From IMG/VR virus record IMGVR_UViG_3300025626_000004: a stretch of DNA of 64,000 nt; one strand, given 5' to 3'. The notes beneath the pieces were generated by a model. The model searched no databases, was not told the origin of the DNA, and was given only the letters and a program-made list of their open reading frames with translations. This DNA is from a virus. Numbering within the stretch: the stretch's first letter is position 1; every line of letters starts with the position of its first letter. This document shows, one piece after another, positions 49,229-58,177 of the stretch. The position numbers and the translations under genes were made by a program.

Positions 49229-49816
49229 ATGAAACCACAGGACAAGCCCCATTACGTCAACAATAGAGATTTCTCTAATGCTGTTGTTGAATACGTAAAA
49301 ACACTAAACGAAGCTAGAGAAAATAATACTAAACTACCTGTTGTCACAAACTACGTAGCAACTTGTTTTCTTAAAATAGCCGAAGGCCTTTCACACAAGT
49401 CAAACTTTATTCGTTACACATACCGTGAAGAAATGGTAATGGATGCTGTTGAGAATTGCCTTAAAGCTATTGAGAATTATAATATCGATGCTGCTACACG
49501 TACAGGTAAACCTAATGCGTTCTCATATTTCACTCAAATATCATGGTATGCATTTCTCCGCCGTATTGCTAAAGAGAAAAAACAACAAGACGTGAAGATG
49601 AAATATATCTCCCAATCGGGCATAGATATGTTTGTCGTGGTCGAAGCTGGTAGCGCTGCTGCTGGAGTAGCCGGACATTTTGTTGATACTCTTAGAGACC
49701 GTATTGATAAAGTAAAAGAATACGACTCTGAGCTTAAGGTGTTTGCTAAGAAAGAAAAGAAACGTAAGAAGCCAATCCAAAAGGTCGACTCAGACTTAAC
49801 TGGATTCTTGGAATGA
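49229..49816 (+). CDS. g55: Late sigma factor gp55
   Basis: HYVNNRDF, KIAEGLSHKSNF..YTYREEMVMDAVENC, NAFSYFTQI.WYAFLRRI.KEKKQ. Confidence 0.95.
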   Translation: MKPQDKPHYVNNRDFSNAVVEYVKTLNEARENNTKLPVVTNYVATCFLKIAEGLSHKSNFIRYTYREEMVMDAVENCLKAIENYNIDAATRTGKPNAFSYFTQISWYAFLRRIAKEKKQQDVKMKYISQSGIDMFVVVEAGSAAAGVAGHFVDTLRDRIDKVKEYDSELKVFAKKEKKRKKPIQKVDSDLTGFLE

Positions 49817-50874
49817 AGATTGCGATAATCAATGACACTCATGCAGGCGTTCGTAACAGCTCTGATATTTTTCTTGATAATGCCGAGGATTTTTATGGGA
49901 ACTGTTTTTTTCCTTACCTCTTGCGCTCTGGCATTAGCCATATCGTACATCTTGGTGACTTCTATGATGTAAGGAAATTCATTAACTTTAAAGTGCTTAA
50001 TCGTACACGATCTATGTTTTTAGATAAACTTAGAGAGAACAAGATTACTATGGATATTATTCCAGGTAATCACGACACATACTTTAAAAATACTAATGAT
50101 TTGAATTCACTAAAAGAATTACTAGGCCACTATATGAATGAAGTACATATAGTGATGGAACCAACAGTCATGGAGTACGGATCTCTTAAAATGGCACTGG
50201 TACCATGGATTAATAAAGAAAACTACGAAAGCAGTGTAAACTTTATTAAGAACTGTAAAGCTGATATTCTTGGTGGTCATTTAGAACTACAAGGCTTTGA
50301 TGTGCTTAAAGGTGTACCATCACATAGTGGTATGGATCATAGAATATTTGAAAGGTTTGAACAAGTATATTCAGGCCATTTTCATACCAAGTCTAAGAAA
50401 GACAATATAACATATCTTGGATCTCAGATGGAATTTACTTGGTCAGATGCACATGATCAAAAGTATTTCCATGTACTAGATACAGAATCCCGTGAGCTAA
50501 CGGCTATTCCAAACGACAAGACTATATTTCACCGAATCAAATATGATGATACTACTGAAGATTATTCAAACTTTGATTTTAGTATAGTAGATAATAAGTT
50601 TGTCAAAATAGTTGTGCTTAATAAATCTAACTTGTTTACATTTGACGAATTTGTTGATAAAATCCAATCAAGGCCAATCCATGAACTAAAAATTGCCGAA
50701 GACTTTAAAGAGTTTTCTGGCGAAAATGTTGAGGATGGTGAAATAGATGTTGAAGAAACTTCTACTTTGCTTGACTCTTATGTGGAAAGTGTCGAAACAG
50801 ATTTGGATAAAGACAGGCTAAAGATTAGCATGAGGAATTTGCTGACTGAAGCTCAAGCTATGGAAATTGCATGA
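49813..50874 (+). CDS. g47: Recombination endonuclease subunit gp47 (Mre11-like)
   Basis: DTH.G, HLGD.YD, GNHD, GHLEL.GF, SGHFH. Confidence 0.95.
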   Translation: MKIAIINDTHAGVRNSSDIFLDNAEDFYGNCFFPYLLRSGISHIVHLGDFYDVRKFINFKVLNRTRSMFLDKLRENKITMDIIPGNHDTYFKNTNDLNSLKELLGHYMNEVHIVMEPTVMEYGSLKMALVPWINKENYESSVNFIKNCKADILGGHLELQGFDVLKGVPSHSGMDHRIFERFEQVYSGHFHTKSKKDNITYLGSQMEFTWSDAHDQKYFHVLDTESRELTAIPNDKTIFHRIKYDDTTEDYSNFDFSIVDNKFVKIVVLNKSNLFTFDEFVDKIQSRPIHELKIAEDFKEFSGENVEDGEIDVEETSTLLDSYVESVETDLDKDRLKISMRNLLTEAQAMEIA

Positions 50875-52613
50875 TTGTATTTGAACAAGTTAAGTATAAG
50901 AATTTCTTATCTACAGGTAATGAATTCACTACAATTGATTTGAATAAAACTAAATCTACGCTTATCGTGGGATCTAACGGAGCTGGCAAGTCTACATTGC
51001 TAGATGCTTTATCATTTGCTTTGTTCGGAAAGCCACATCGTAATATAAATAAGCCACAATTAGTTAATACTATTAATAATAAAGATTGCATTGTTGAATT
51101 GTTGTTCCGTAGTGGTTCAGCACATTACAGGATCGTTAGAGGCATAAAGCCGGCGATCTTTGAAATCTGGAAGAACGGAGTCATATTAAATGAAAACGCT
51201 CATGCCAGTGAATATCAGAAGGTCCTTGAGCAGAACATCATTAAGTTAAATCATAAATCGTTCCACCAAATCGTCGTATTGGGTAGCAGTTCCTTTATTC
51301 CCTTTATGCAGCTCGCTTCAGGCAACCGGCGTGAGGTTATCGAGGACCTTCTAGATATTAATGTCTTCTCTAAAATGGGTAAGCTTGTTAAGCAAAAGAC
51401 TGCCGATATCAAAGACAAACTAAAAGACAATTCATATGAGTTGGATTTAGTCAAGAATAAGATTGAGACTCAAACTAAGTATATTCGTGATATTGCTCAA
51501 ATCAATGAAACGGAAATCAATGAGAAAAAAAATAGTATTATCTCCATCAATAAAGAGATCGAGGGATTACACGATAGCAATAAAGACTTGGAGAGCTTTG
51601 TTGAAGCAAATGCCGAAGAGGTCAGATCTCAGCTCAAAAAAGGCAACGATGGTAAGCAAGTCATATTACACGATAAAGCTGCTACCGCACACGCCATTAC
51701 AGATATTGTTAAACACTCAAAATTCTATGCGGAAAATGACGAGTGCCCAACATGCACGCAGAAAATTGAAGCTACCTTTAAAGAAAATAAGATCTCGTCA
51801 CTTAAAGAACAGGCGCGTGCCTTATCGAAACAAAGTCTAGCTCTTGAAGAAAGATCAAGAGAGATTAGTGATTTACTCGAAGCTGCTGGTAAAATTGCAG
51901 AAGAGATTCGTAAGAACCAGTCTGACATTAGCGGTAACAATAGAGAAATTGTAACGTTACAAACTCAAATTAATCAGCTTGGTGCTGATATTAATAGGTT
52001 ACAGTCTAGTGGTGGTGATTTAGGTCAAGCGAATATTGATCTAACATCCATGCAGGATCAACGTAATGTTCTGGTTGATATGAAGTCTGTGCTAAACGAA
52101 GATTATACATATCATGCAGCCATGGCAGAAATGCTAAAGGACACAGGTATTAAAACTAAAATCATCAAACAATACATACCAGTTATTAATAATCTAGTTA
52201 ATAAGTATTTACAAATTCTAGATTTCTATGTGCATTTTGATTTAGACGAAGGCTTTAAAGAAACTATAAGATCTAGACATAGAGATTCGTTCTCATACGA
52301 TTCCTTTTCAGAAGGAGAAAAACAACGAATAGATTTAGCATTACTATTCACTTGGCGGATGATTGCTAAGATGAAAAACTCTGTTGCTACAAACTTATTG
52401 GTTTTAGATGAAACATTTGATTCCAGCCTTGACCACGACGGAGTAGATAACTTAACTAAAATCTTACATACACTAGATGAGTCTACTAATACTTTTATTA
52501 TCTCACACAAAGGAGAAATCCTCGATGGTAAATTTAAGTCAAAGCTTGAGTTTGTAAAAGAGAAAAACTTTTCTAAAATCAAGAGTGTACAAATAGAAAC
52601 AAATATGGTATAA
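50871..52613 (+). CDS. g46: Recombination ATPase subunit gp46 (Rad50-like)
   Basis: GSNGAGKST, CPTC hook, FSEGEKQRIDLA, LDETFDSSLD. Confidence 0.96.
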   Translation: MIVFEQVKYKNFLSTGNEFTTIDLNKTKSTLIVGSNGAGKSTLLDALSFALFGKPHRNINKPQLVNTINNKDCIVELLFRSGSAHYRIVRGIKPAIFEIWKNGVILNENAHASEYQKVLEQNIIKLNHKSFHQIVVLGSSSFIPFMQLASGNRREVIEDLLDINVFSKMGKLVKQKTADIKDKLKDNSYELDLVKNKIETQTKYIRDIAQINETEINEKKNSIISINKEIEGLHDSNKDLESFVEANAEEVRSQLKKGNDGKQVILHDKAATAHAITDIVKHSKFYAENDECPTCTQKIEATFKENKISSLKEQARALSKQSLALEERSREISDLLEAAGKIAEEIRKNQSDISGNNREIVTLQTQINQLGADINRLQSSGGDLGQANIDLTSMQDQRNVLVDMKSVLNEDYTYHAAMAEMLKDTGIKTKIIKQYIPVINNLVNKYLQILDFYVHFDLDEGFKETIRSRHRDSFSYDSFSEGEKQRIDLALLFTWRMIAKMKNSVATNLLVLDETFDSSLDHDGVDNLTKILHTLDESTNTFIISHKGEILDGKFKSKLEFVKEKNFSKIKSVQIETNMV

Positions 52614-52614
52614 T
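52585..52614 (+). promoter_or_regulatory. Early-type promoter GTGTAC-N18-TATAAT for g45
   Basis: GTGTACaaatagaaacaaatatggTATAAT. Confidence 0.7.
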
Positions 52615-52640
52615 TGTACTATTCACAAACGGAGTATATT

Positions 52641-53318
52641 ATGGAACTGAATGAGTCAACAATTTCTGTCCTTAAGAATTACGCTAGTATTAATCCTAAT
52701 ATCGTAATCGAACAAGGCAATAAACTCAAGACTATGACTGAGGCACGTAACGTTATGTCTTCAGCAACTCTTGATAATGAATTCCCACAAGGATTTGGTA
52801 TTTACGATCTTAACGAGTTTCTTGGTGTGATATCATTGGTCGATGAACCTACATTATCTTTTGAACAAGATTATGTGGTAGTAAGTGACTCAACATGTAG
52901 TTCACGAATCAAATACTTCTTCTCTGATCCTGAAATGCTTACAACTCCTAAGAAAGATGTTGTAATGCCTTCTTCTGAGGTTACCTTCACGTTAGATAAT
53001 GATACGCTAAACCGTATTAAGCGTGCAGCGTCAACTCTTGGCCACACCGAACTCTCTATTACTGGCAAATCAAATAAGCTTTCAATGTCCGTTGTTGATA
53101 GCCAAAACGCCACATCTAATAACTTTTCTGTTGATCTCGACGGAGAATTTTCTGCAGAAGAGTTTAATTTCATTATAAATATCAGCAATCTAAAGATGGT
53201 TCCTGGTGATTATGATGTTAGTATATCGTCGAAACTTATTTCGCACTTTGTTAACAAAGAATCAGGTATCCAGTACTGGATTGCACTTGAAAAAACATCA
53301 ACTTATATCGGAGCCTAA
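52641..53318 (+). CDS. g45: Sliding clamp gp45
   Basis: LKNYASIN, FGIYDLNEFL, NLKMVPGDY.V, YWIALE. Confidence 0.93.
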   Translation: MELNESTISVLKNYASINPNIVIEQGNKLKTMTEARNVMSSATLDNEFPQGFGIYDLNEFLGVISLVDEPTLSFEQDYVVVSDSTCSSRIKYFFSDPEMLTTPKKDVVMPSSEVTFTLDNDTLNRIKRAASTLGHTELSITGKSNKLSMSVVDSQNATSNNFSVDLDGEFSAEEFNFIINISNLKMVPGDYDVSISSKLISHFVNKESGIQYWIALEKTSTYIGA

Positions 53319-53321
53319 ATT

Positions 53322-53561
53322 ATGGTAGATAAAAAAGAAACTAAAACTGAAGCTGAAGATGCAACAGATCCAAATGCACAAATTTATGAAACGTCAAATC
53401 GCGCAGCACGTAGTATGATTGCTGTTATTGATACTATGACTCAGCGCGGTGCATTTAAAGGTGAAGAGCTTTCTACCATCGGACAACTTCGTGATCAATG
53501 TGTAAGTCTTATCCAAATGGCTGAAAATTATCAGCAGGAGCAGGCACAAAACCAAGACTAA
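53322..53561 (+). CDS. Hypothetical protein
   Basis: IDTMTQRGAFKGEELSTIGQLRD motif; GGAG RBS. Confidence 0.65.
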   Translation: MVDKKETKTEAEDATDPNAQIYETSNRAARSMIAVIDTMTQRGAFKGEELSTIGQLRDQCVSLIQMAENYQQEQAQNQD

Positions 53562-53563
53562 TA

Positions 53564-53593
53564 GTTTACTATCCTGCCCATACGTGATACTAT
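53564..53593 (+). promoter_or_regulatory. Early-type promoter GTTTAC-N18-TACTAT for g44
   Basis: Same spacing as the other copies. Confidence 0.55.
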
Positions 53594-53620
53594 CTACTTT
53601 ATATAATGAGGGTTTAAGCT

Positions 53621-54550
53621 ATGTCTAATGAATATCTTTGGGTCGAGAAATATCGTCCCACTACAATATCTGAAGTGATTTTACCTAAATCTCTTAAGGA
53701 TACTTTCAATGCCATGGTTACTACCGGTGAATTGCCCAATATGCTTTTCACCGGTACTGCCGGTACTGGAAAAACAACGGTAGCTAAAGCTTTATGCAAA
53801 GAGCTTAGTCTAGATTATATTATGATCAACGGTTCTGAAGAAGGTAATATCGATACTCTTCGTACTAAGATCAAGCAGTTTGCATCAACAGTTTCTCTGC
53901 AAGGTGGCTATAAAGTTGTCATACTCGATGAAGCTGATTATCTTAACCCACAATCAACACAACCAGCATTACGTGGGTTTATTGAAGAGTTTAGTAATAA
54001 TTGTCGGTTCATTCTTACATGTAACTTTAAGAATCGTATTATTGAACCGTTACATTCTCGGTGTGGTGTATATGAATTTAATACTACTAAGAAAGATATG
54101 CCGCGCTTAGCTGCATTCTTTCACGAGCATTTGTTATATGTCCTTAAGGCTGAAGGCATTGAAGCTAACGAGAAAGCCGCAGCGGATCTTGTAATGAAGC
54201 ATGCTCCAGATTGGCGAAGAGTTTTAAATGAAGCCCAACGTCGCAGTATTAATGGAATGACCATTGATGACGTGAGTGCTTCTGTTAGTATTACTGATTT
54301 AGTAACGCATCTAAAGACCAAAGACTTTAAAAAGATGCGTGCATGGGTTGCAAACCATATGGATGTTGATGCTACTTCTATATTCCGTAATGTGTATGAC
54401 TCTATGAATGAGTTGGTTGCACCACATTCTATTCCTCAAGTTGTATTGATACTTGCTGACTATCAGTATAAGAACGCCTTTGTGGCAGACCATGAATTAA
54501 ACGTCGTAGCTTGTATGACAGAAATTATGGCCAACGTAGAATTTAACTAA
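53621..54550 (+). CDS. g44: Clamp loader large subunit gp44
   Basis: LWVEKYRP, GTAGTGKTT, ILDEADYL, LHSRC. Confidence 0.96.
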   Translation: MSNEYLWVEKYRPTTISEVILPKSLKDTFNAMVTTGELPNMLFTGTAGTGKTTVAKALCKELSLDYIMINGSEEGNIDTLRTKIKQFASTVSLQGGYKVVILDEADYLNPQSTQPALRGFIEEFSNNCRFILTCNFKNRIIEPLHSRCGVYEFNTTKKDMPRLAAFFHEHLLYVLKAEGIEANEKAAADLVMKHAPDWRRVLNEAQRRSINGMTIDDVSASVSITDLVTHLKTKDFKKMRAWVANHMDVDATSIFRNVYDSMNELVAPHSIPQVVLILADYQYKNAFVADHELNVVACMTEIMANVEFN

Positions 54551-54798
54551 TGCTAACATTATTTACAAAAGATAATTGTGTCTATTGTCATTTTCTTGAA
54601 GAGAAGCTTGATGATTGGGGCATAAAATACACTAAGATAAACAATCAACCTTTGCCCGATGGGCACAAAACTTATCCACAATTATATTATAAGCATCACG
54701 ATATTCAACTTGGTGCTAGTACGGACCTCACGCTTGAGCAGATTACAAGTAGAGTTAAAGAAATAGATTGGTTGGGTTCAGATGGCGGAGTCGAGTAA
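54550..54798 (+). CDS. Glutaredoxin-like protein
   Basis: FTKDNCVYC (CxxC), KTYPQLY. Confidence 0.75.
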   Translation: MLTLFTKDNCVYCHFLEEKLDDWGIKYTKINNQPLPDGHKTYPQLYYKHHDIQLGASTDLTLEQITSRVKEIDWLGSDGGVE

Positions 54799-55531
54799 AA
54801 GAAAAGTAGCATATGTTTTTGACGTAGATGGTACACTTATGCCAGCTAGACAAAAACTTGATGAAGATCGTGCTAACATACTATATCAGTTTATGATGGG
54901 CCATGATGTTTATATTGTGACTGGTTCTGACTATGAAAAAACTGATGAACAACTACACGGTTTACAGAATGATTGCCACGGGAGCTACCAGTGTAGTGGT
55001 AACGAGCTCTGGGTCAAAGGAGAACGTGTCTACTCTAATAATATACTAATATCTGAAGAGATGTTAGACTGGTTTAATTATGTGGTGCATCGTAGTGATT
55101 TTGCTATTAAAACTGGAAACCATGTGGAAATTAGATCAGGCCTAATAAACTTCTCTGTATTAGGTCGCAATGCTAATAACGATCAACGTGCTGAGTATAT
55201 CAAGTTTGATAATATGAATTCTGAACGCGAACACATATCTAGATTGTTCAATGATAGGTTTAGTGTGTTTGATTATAAGTCTGCAGTAGCAGGTTCAACA
55301 GGCCTAGATATTACTATGCTAGATAAAGATAAATCCCAGGTGTACAGAAAGCTATCAACAGAGTATAATGAAATTATATTCTTTGGTGATCATTGTCTCG
55401 AAGGCGAAAACGATTATCCATTTGTATGTGCTATGACAGATGCTAGTAGACCTTTGGATAAAGCATGGCACGTTTCTAGCCCTGATCATACATTTGAACT
55501 TATAGAAAGGATTAGTAATGTCACCATTTGA
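54782..55531 (+). CDS. HAD-IIB hydrolase, phosphomannomutase (PMM)-like
   Basis: FDVDGTL..AR, VTGSDY.K..EQL, E.R.G.INFS.LGR, DKSQ, FFGD....GENDY. Confidence 0.8.
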   Translation: MAESSKRKVAYVFDVDGTLMPARQKLDEDRANILYQFMMGHDVYIVTGSDYEKTDEQLHGLQNDCHGSYQCSGNELWVKGERVYSNNILISEEMLDWFNYVVHRSDFAIKTGNHVEIRSGLINFSVLGRNANNDQRAEYIKFDNMNSEREHISRLFNDRFSVFDYKSAVAGSTGLDITMLDKDKSQVYRKLSTEYNEIIFFGDHCLEGENDYPFVCAMTDASRPLDKAWHVSSPDHTFELIERISNVTI

Positions 55532-55895
55532 TTATTTAAATGCTATTAATGACACTAAGAAAAATATTATAGTCGACGACATTACTGAAAAGAAATATAA
55601 TTCTTTTATGGTAAATCGTGGCTTATCGTATTTTCAAGATACTGTTATTGTTGCTAATGAAATGAATCGTTATCATAACACTGATAATAAACTCCAATTT
55701 GACTTTCTTATAAATATGATTAGGAAACGTAAACGTTTCTCTAAATGGTTAAAACCTCAAATTGAGAGTGATATTGAAGTGATTAAATTATACTATGGCT
55801 ACAGTAATGAAAAAGCCCGCCAAGTATTATCTCTTCTGTCACCGCATCAAATCGATGGGTTAAAGAAGAAGGTTAATACAGGTGGAAGAAAATAA
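55518..55895 (+). CDS. g62: Clamp loader small subunit gp62
   Basis: PFDYLNAIN, FMVNRGLSYF.DT...ANEMN, RKRKRFSKW, YYGYSNEKA. Confidence 0.93.
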   Translation: MSPFDYLNAINDTKKNIIVDDITEKKYNSFMVNRGLSYFQDTVIVANEMNRYHNTDNKLQFDFLINMIRKRKRFSKWLKPQIESDIEVIKLYYGYSNEKARQVLSLLSPHQIDGLKKKVNTGGRK

Positions 55896-56292
55896 AATTA
55901 TAGAGTGGGTTCCAGATCTTATGCTGGAAGTAACACTAAGAGAGCCAGACGATTTTCTAAAGGTTAGAGAGACTCTCACACGTATTGGTGTGGCATCTCG
56001 TAAAGAAAAAAAGCTATTCCAGTCTTGCCACATATTGCATAAACAAGGTAGGTATTTCATTGTCCATTTTAAGGAGTTATTTCTGTTAGATGGTAAGAAA
56101 GCAAACCTTGAGGAAAATGATATTGGAAGGCGTAACACGATCTCGGTATTAATGTCTGATTGGGGATTAATAGAAATTGTGAATAAAGAGTCGGCAAAAC
56201 CTTTAGCTCCTTTACGACAAATTAAAATTATCCCATTCAAAGAAAAAAACCAATGGGAACTATGTCCGAAATATAATATCGGAAATAAATAA
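55882..56292 (+). CDS. regA: Translational repressor RegA
   Basis: PDDFLKVRETLTRIGVAS, QSCHILHKQGRY.IVHFKELF. Confidence 0.96.
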   Translation: MEENKIIEWVPDLMLEVTLREPDDFLKVRETLTRIGVASRKEKKLFQSCHILHKQGRYFIVHFKELFLLDGKKANLEENDIGRRNTISVLMSDWGLIEIVNKESAKPLAPLRQIKIIPFKEKNQWELCPKYNIGNK

Positions 56293-56354
56293 AAAAATAG
56301 GAGCTATGCATAAAAAGTATAGCTCCTATTTAGCTAAGTCGTATATATATTATC

Positions 56355-56410
56355 GTAGTGCGGAATATTCCGACTACATTAAATCTTGCTTGCTTAAGGA
56401 GATAAACATG
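56355..56410 (+). promoter_or_regulatory. Putative ROSE-like RNA thermometer in the hsp20 5' UTR
   Basis: Hairpin GTAGT(G)CGGAAT/ATTCCGACTAC, then ATCTTGCTT pairing with SD AAGGAGAT around a bulged G (UUGCU motif). Confidence 0.6.
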
Positions 56411-56893
56411 ACAGGCATTAACGTAAACTCACTATTCCCACGCGCATCCTTTGTTGGATTCGACCATTTGTTTCAAGAGCTAGAATATACGGCTAAACAT
56501 TCAAATGACCATTACCCTCCACATAATATTATTAAAACCAGCGATGATGATTATCTCATTGAGTTGGCTATTGCTGGGTTTTCTCAGGATGAAATTAATG
56601 TGGAAGTTAAGGATCGTACCTTAACTGTGATTGGTGAGCATATATCGAAAGGGAGAGATTTTATCCATCGTGGCATTTCTACAAAGAAATTTAAGCGAAC
56701 CTTTCGGCTGTCCGAGCACGTTATCGTGCATGGAGCAGACATTCAGGATGGCATACTTGCGATTGAATTGAAGTATGAACTCCCAGAAGATCAGCGTCCT
56801 CGTAAAATCAATATTGGTCAAACGAGGAATACAAATGACACAAATACTAACGATGCCCAGAACGGGAATCATACAGCTCGCACAACTCTTTAA
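56408..56893 (+). CDS. hsp20: Small heat-shock protein (IbpA/Hsp20)
   Basis: FVGFD.LF, YPPHNI, IELAIAGF, HRGIS.KKF.RTF.L, DGILAI.L....PE..RPRKI.I. Confidence 0.95.
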   Translation: MTGINVNSLFPRASFVGFDHLFQELEYTAKHSNDHYPPHNIIKTSDDDYLIELAIAGFSQDEINVEVKDRTLTVIGEHISKGRDFIHRGISTKKFKRTFRLSEHVIVHGADIQDGILAIELKYELPEDQRPRKINIGQTRNTNDTNTNDAQNGNHTARTTL

Positions 56894-57119
56894 ATTCGTA
56901 ATAAATTTTTTGGGAAGTTTACGTAGTTCATATCTATATTCAATAAAAGTTACAGAAACTATTAAAGAATTGGATAGGCTAAGTAATGCTGAATTAAAAG
57001 ATATAGGTATTTGCCGTGGTGATATTTACACCATTGCAAACTCGAAATCTATGTCTGATTATTCAGATAAAATTTCAACGAAGGTAGAGCCAAACTCTAA
57101 CATTAAGGGGTGGGTTTAA
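56835..57119 (+). CDS. DUF1127 (YjiS-like) small protein
   Basis: TIKELDRLSNAELKDIGICRGDI signature; GAGGA RBS; overlaps the hsp20 3' end. Confidence 0.75.
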   Translation: MTQILTMPRTGIIQLAQLFKFVINFLGSLRSSYLYSIKVTETIKELDRLSNAELKDIGICRGDIYTIANSKSMSDYSDKISTKVEPNSNIKGWV

Positions 57120-57295
57120 TGACAAGTGCAATAATGTCTTATACCTTCTCGCCATTGTCGGGGTTGTGGTCTTCGCTAGATCGGCATTTCCAAGTGATTG
57201 GTTATACGAGAGCGGCAGCGGAACTCGGAAGATTGGGTTTCCACGAGGAAGCGAAATATTGCAAGACACAAGTCGAGCAATTACGTAGTAAATAA
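57119..57295 (+). CDS. Small protein, possibly DUF1127-related
   Basis: IGYTRAAAEL.RLG.HEEAK; TAATG overlap. Confidence 0.55.
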   Translation: MTSAIMSYTFSPLSGLWSSLDRHFQVIGYTRAAAELGRLGFHEEAKYCKTQVEQLRSK

Positions 57296-57304
57296 GTTAA
57301 TACT

Positions 57305-57327
57305 AGAGGGCTGTAATGGCCCTCTTT
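57305..57327 (+). terminator. Hairpin terminator after the hsp20 operon
   Basis: AGAGGGC-tgtaatg-GCCCTCT-TT. Confidence 0.55.
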
Positions 57328-57344
57328 AACTACTTGGAGATATT

Positions 57345-57545
57345 ATGAAAGAACAACTTGTAAAGGCTGCACGCATGCACGCCGAAGGCGAACTAGAACG
57401 TGCCAAAACTAACATTATGGTTTATATGAAAAACAGTGTTGGCATTGGTGAGCATAGCGATATTGTCGAAGCTATCCAAGAAGAACTTGACAAAATGGCA
57501 ATGGCTACCGATAGAATTGAAATGTTAGAAAGACATTTTAGTTAA
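57345..57545 (+). CDS. Conserved small phage protein
   Basis: HAEGE....K.NI.VY....VGIGEHSDIVEAI..ELDK motif seen in marine T4-like phages; GGAGA RBS. Confidence 0.7.
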   Translation: MKEQLVKAARMHAEGELERAKTNIMVYMKNSVGIGEHSDIVEAIQEELDKMAMATDRIEMLERHFS

Positions 57546-57547
57546 AT

Positions 57548-57576
57548 AAAAAAAGAGCGCTCAACGGCGCTCTTTT
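57548..57576. terminator. Bidirectional terminator
   Basis: AAAAGAGCGC-tcaacg-GCGCTCTTTT between convergent genes. Confidence 0.75.
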
Positions 57577-57601
57577 ACTTTATTATAGGTATTCAACTTC
57601 T

Positions 57602-57823
57602 CTATAAACCTCCTAACATTTTTACGAACTCTGTGCTTTTTTCGGCACTCATGCCGTGTATTGCACCAATATCAATCATATCAATTTTAGCGATATGCGG
57701 CAAATCTTGTATACCTAGGACAAACCTATTAGCCTCATCCTGATCCATACGAAATGTATTGGATACCATGACACCTCGTTTCATGCCACCCTTCATAGTG
57801 ACTCTTACATTAACATCATTCAT
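57602..57823 (-). CDS. Small hypothetical early protein
   Basis: 73 aa; ATGA overlap with upstream gene. Confidence 0.55.
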   Translation of the reverse strand: MNDVNVRVTMKGGMKRGVMVSNTFRMDQDEANRFVLGIQDLPHIAKIDMIDIGAIHGMSAEKSTEFVKMLGGL

Positions 57824-58059
57824 ATTGAAATATCCAAGCTTCTTGAAACGCCATAGCGCTTATATGTTTCTTTACCAAACTCATCACAAACTTCTTTGTG
57901 TATACGAGTTAACTTACGGGCTGCACTCCAAGCATTATATGCACCGTCATATTTGCATAATACTTTTGGCGCGGTAGGATCCATTCCATAAATACGCATC
58001 TCTGCGATAGCTTGAGCATCAAACTTTGTAACTTCATAAAGTGAGTAAGTAGTAGCCAT
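57820..58059 (-). CDS. Small hypothetical early protein
   Basis: GAGGA RBS; downstream of the repeated promoter. Confidence 0.6.
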   Translation of the reverse strand: MATTYSLYEVTKFDAQAIAEMRIYGMDPTAPKVLCKYDGAYNAWSAARKLTRIHKEVCDEFGKETYKRYGVSRSLDISI

Positions 58060-58077
58060 TTAAGTAATCCTCAGTGT

Positions 58078-58122
58078 TTGTTTCTATAATTAGAATAATA
58101 CATTTGAGAAGTCTTGTACACA
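58078..58122 (-). promoter_or_regulatory. Early-type promoter GTGTAC-N18-TATTCT (45-bp exact repeat, copy 2)
   Basis: Identical to 26578-26622. Confidence 0.75.
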
Positions 58123-58177
58123 CTTATTTTCACTTTTTTAATAATAATATATAATATTTTAATGATGATGGTAAAGC

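Noticed and set aside
53174-55716. TATAAATA inside g45 and g62
   Set aside because: Intragenic in AT-rich DNA; the g62 copy could serve regA-hsp20, but there is no independent support
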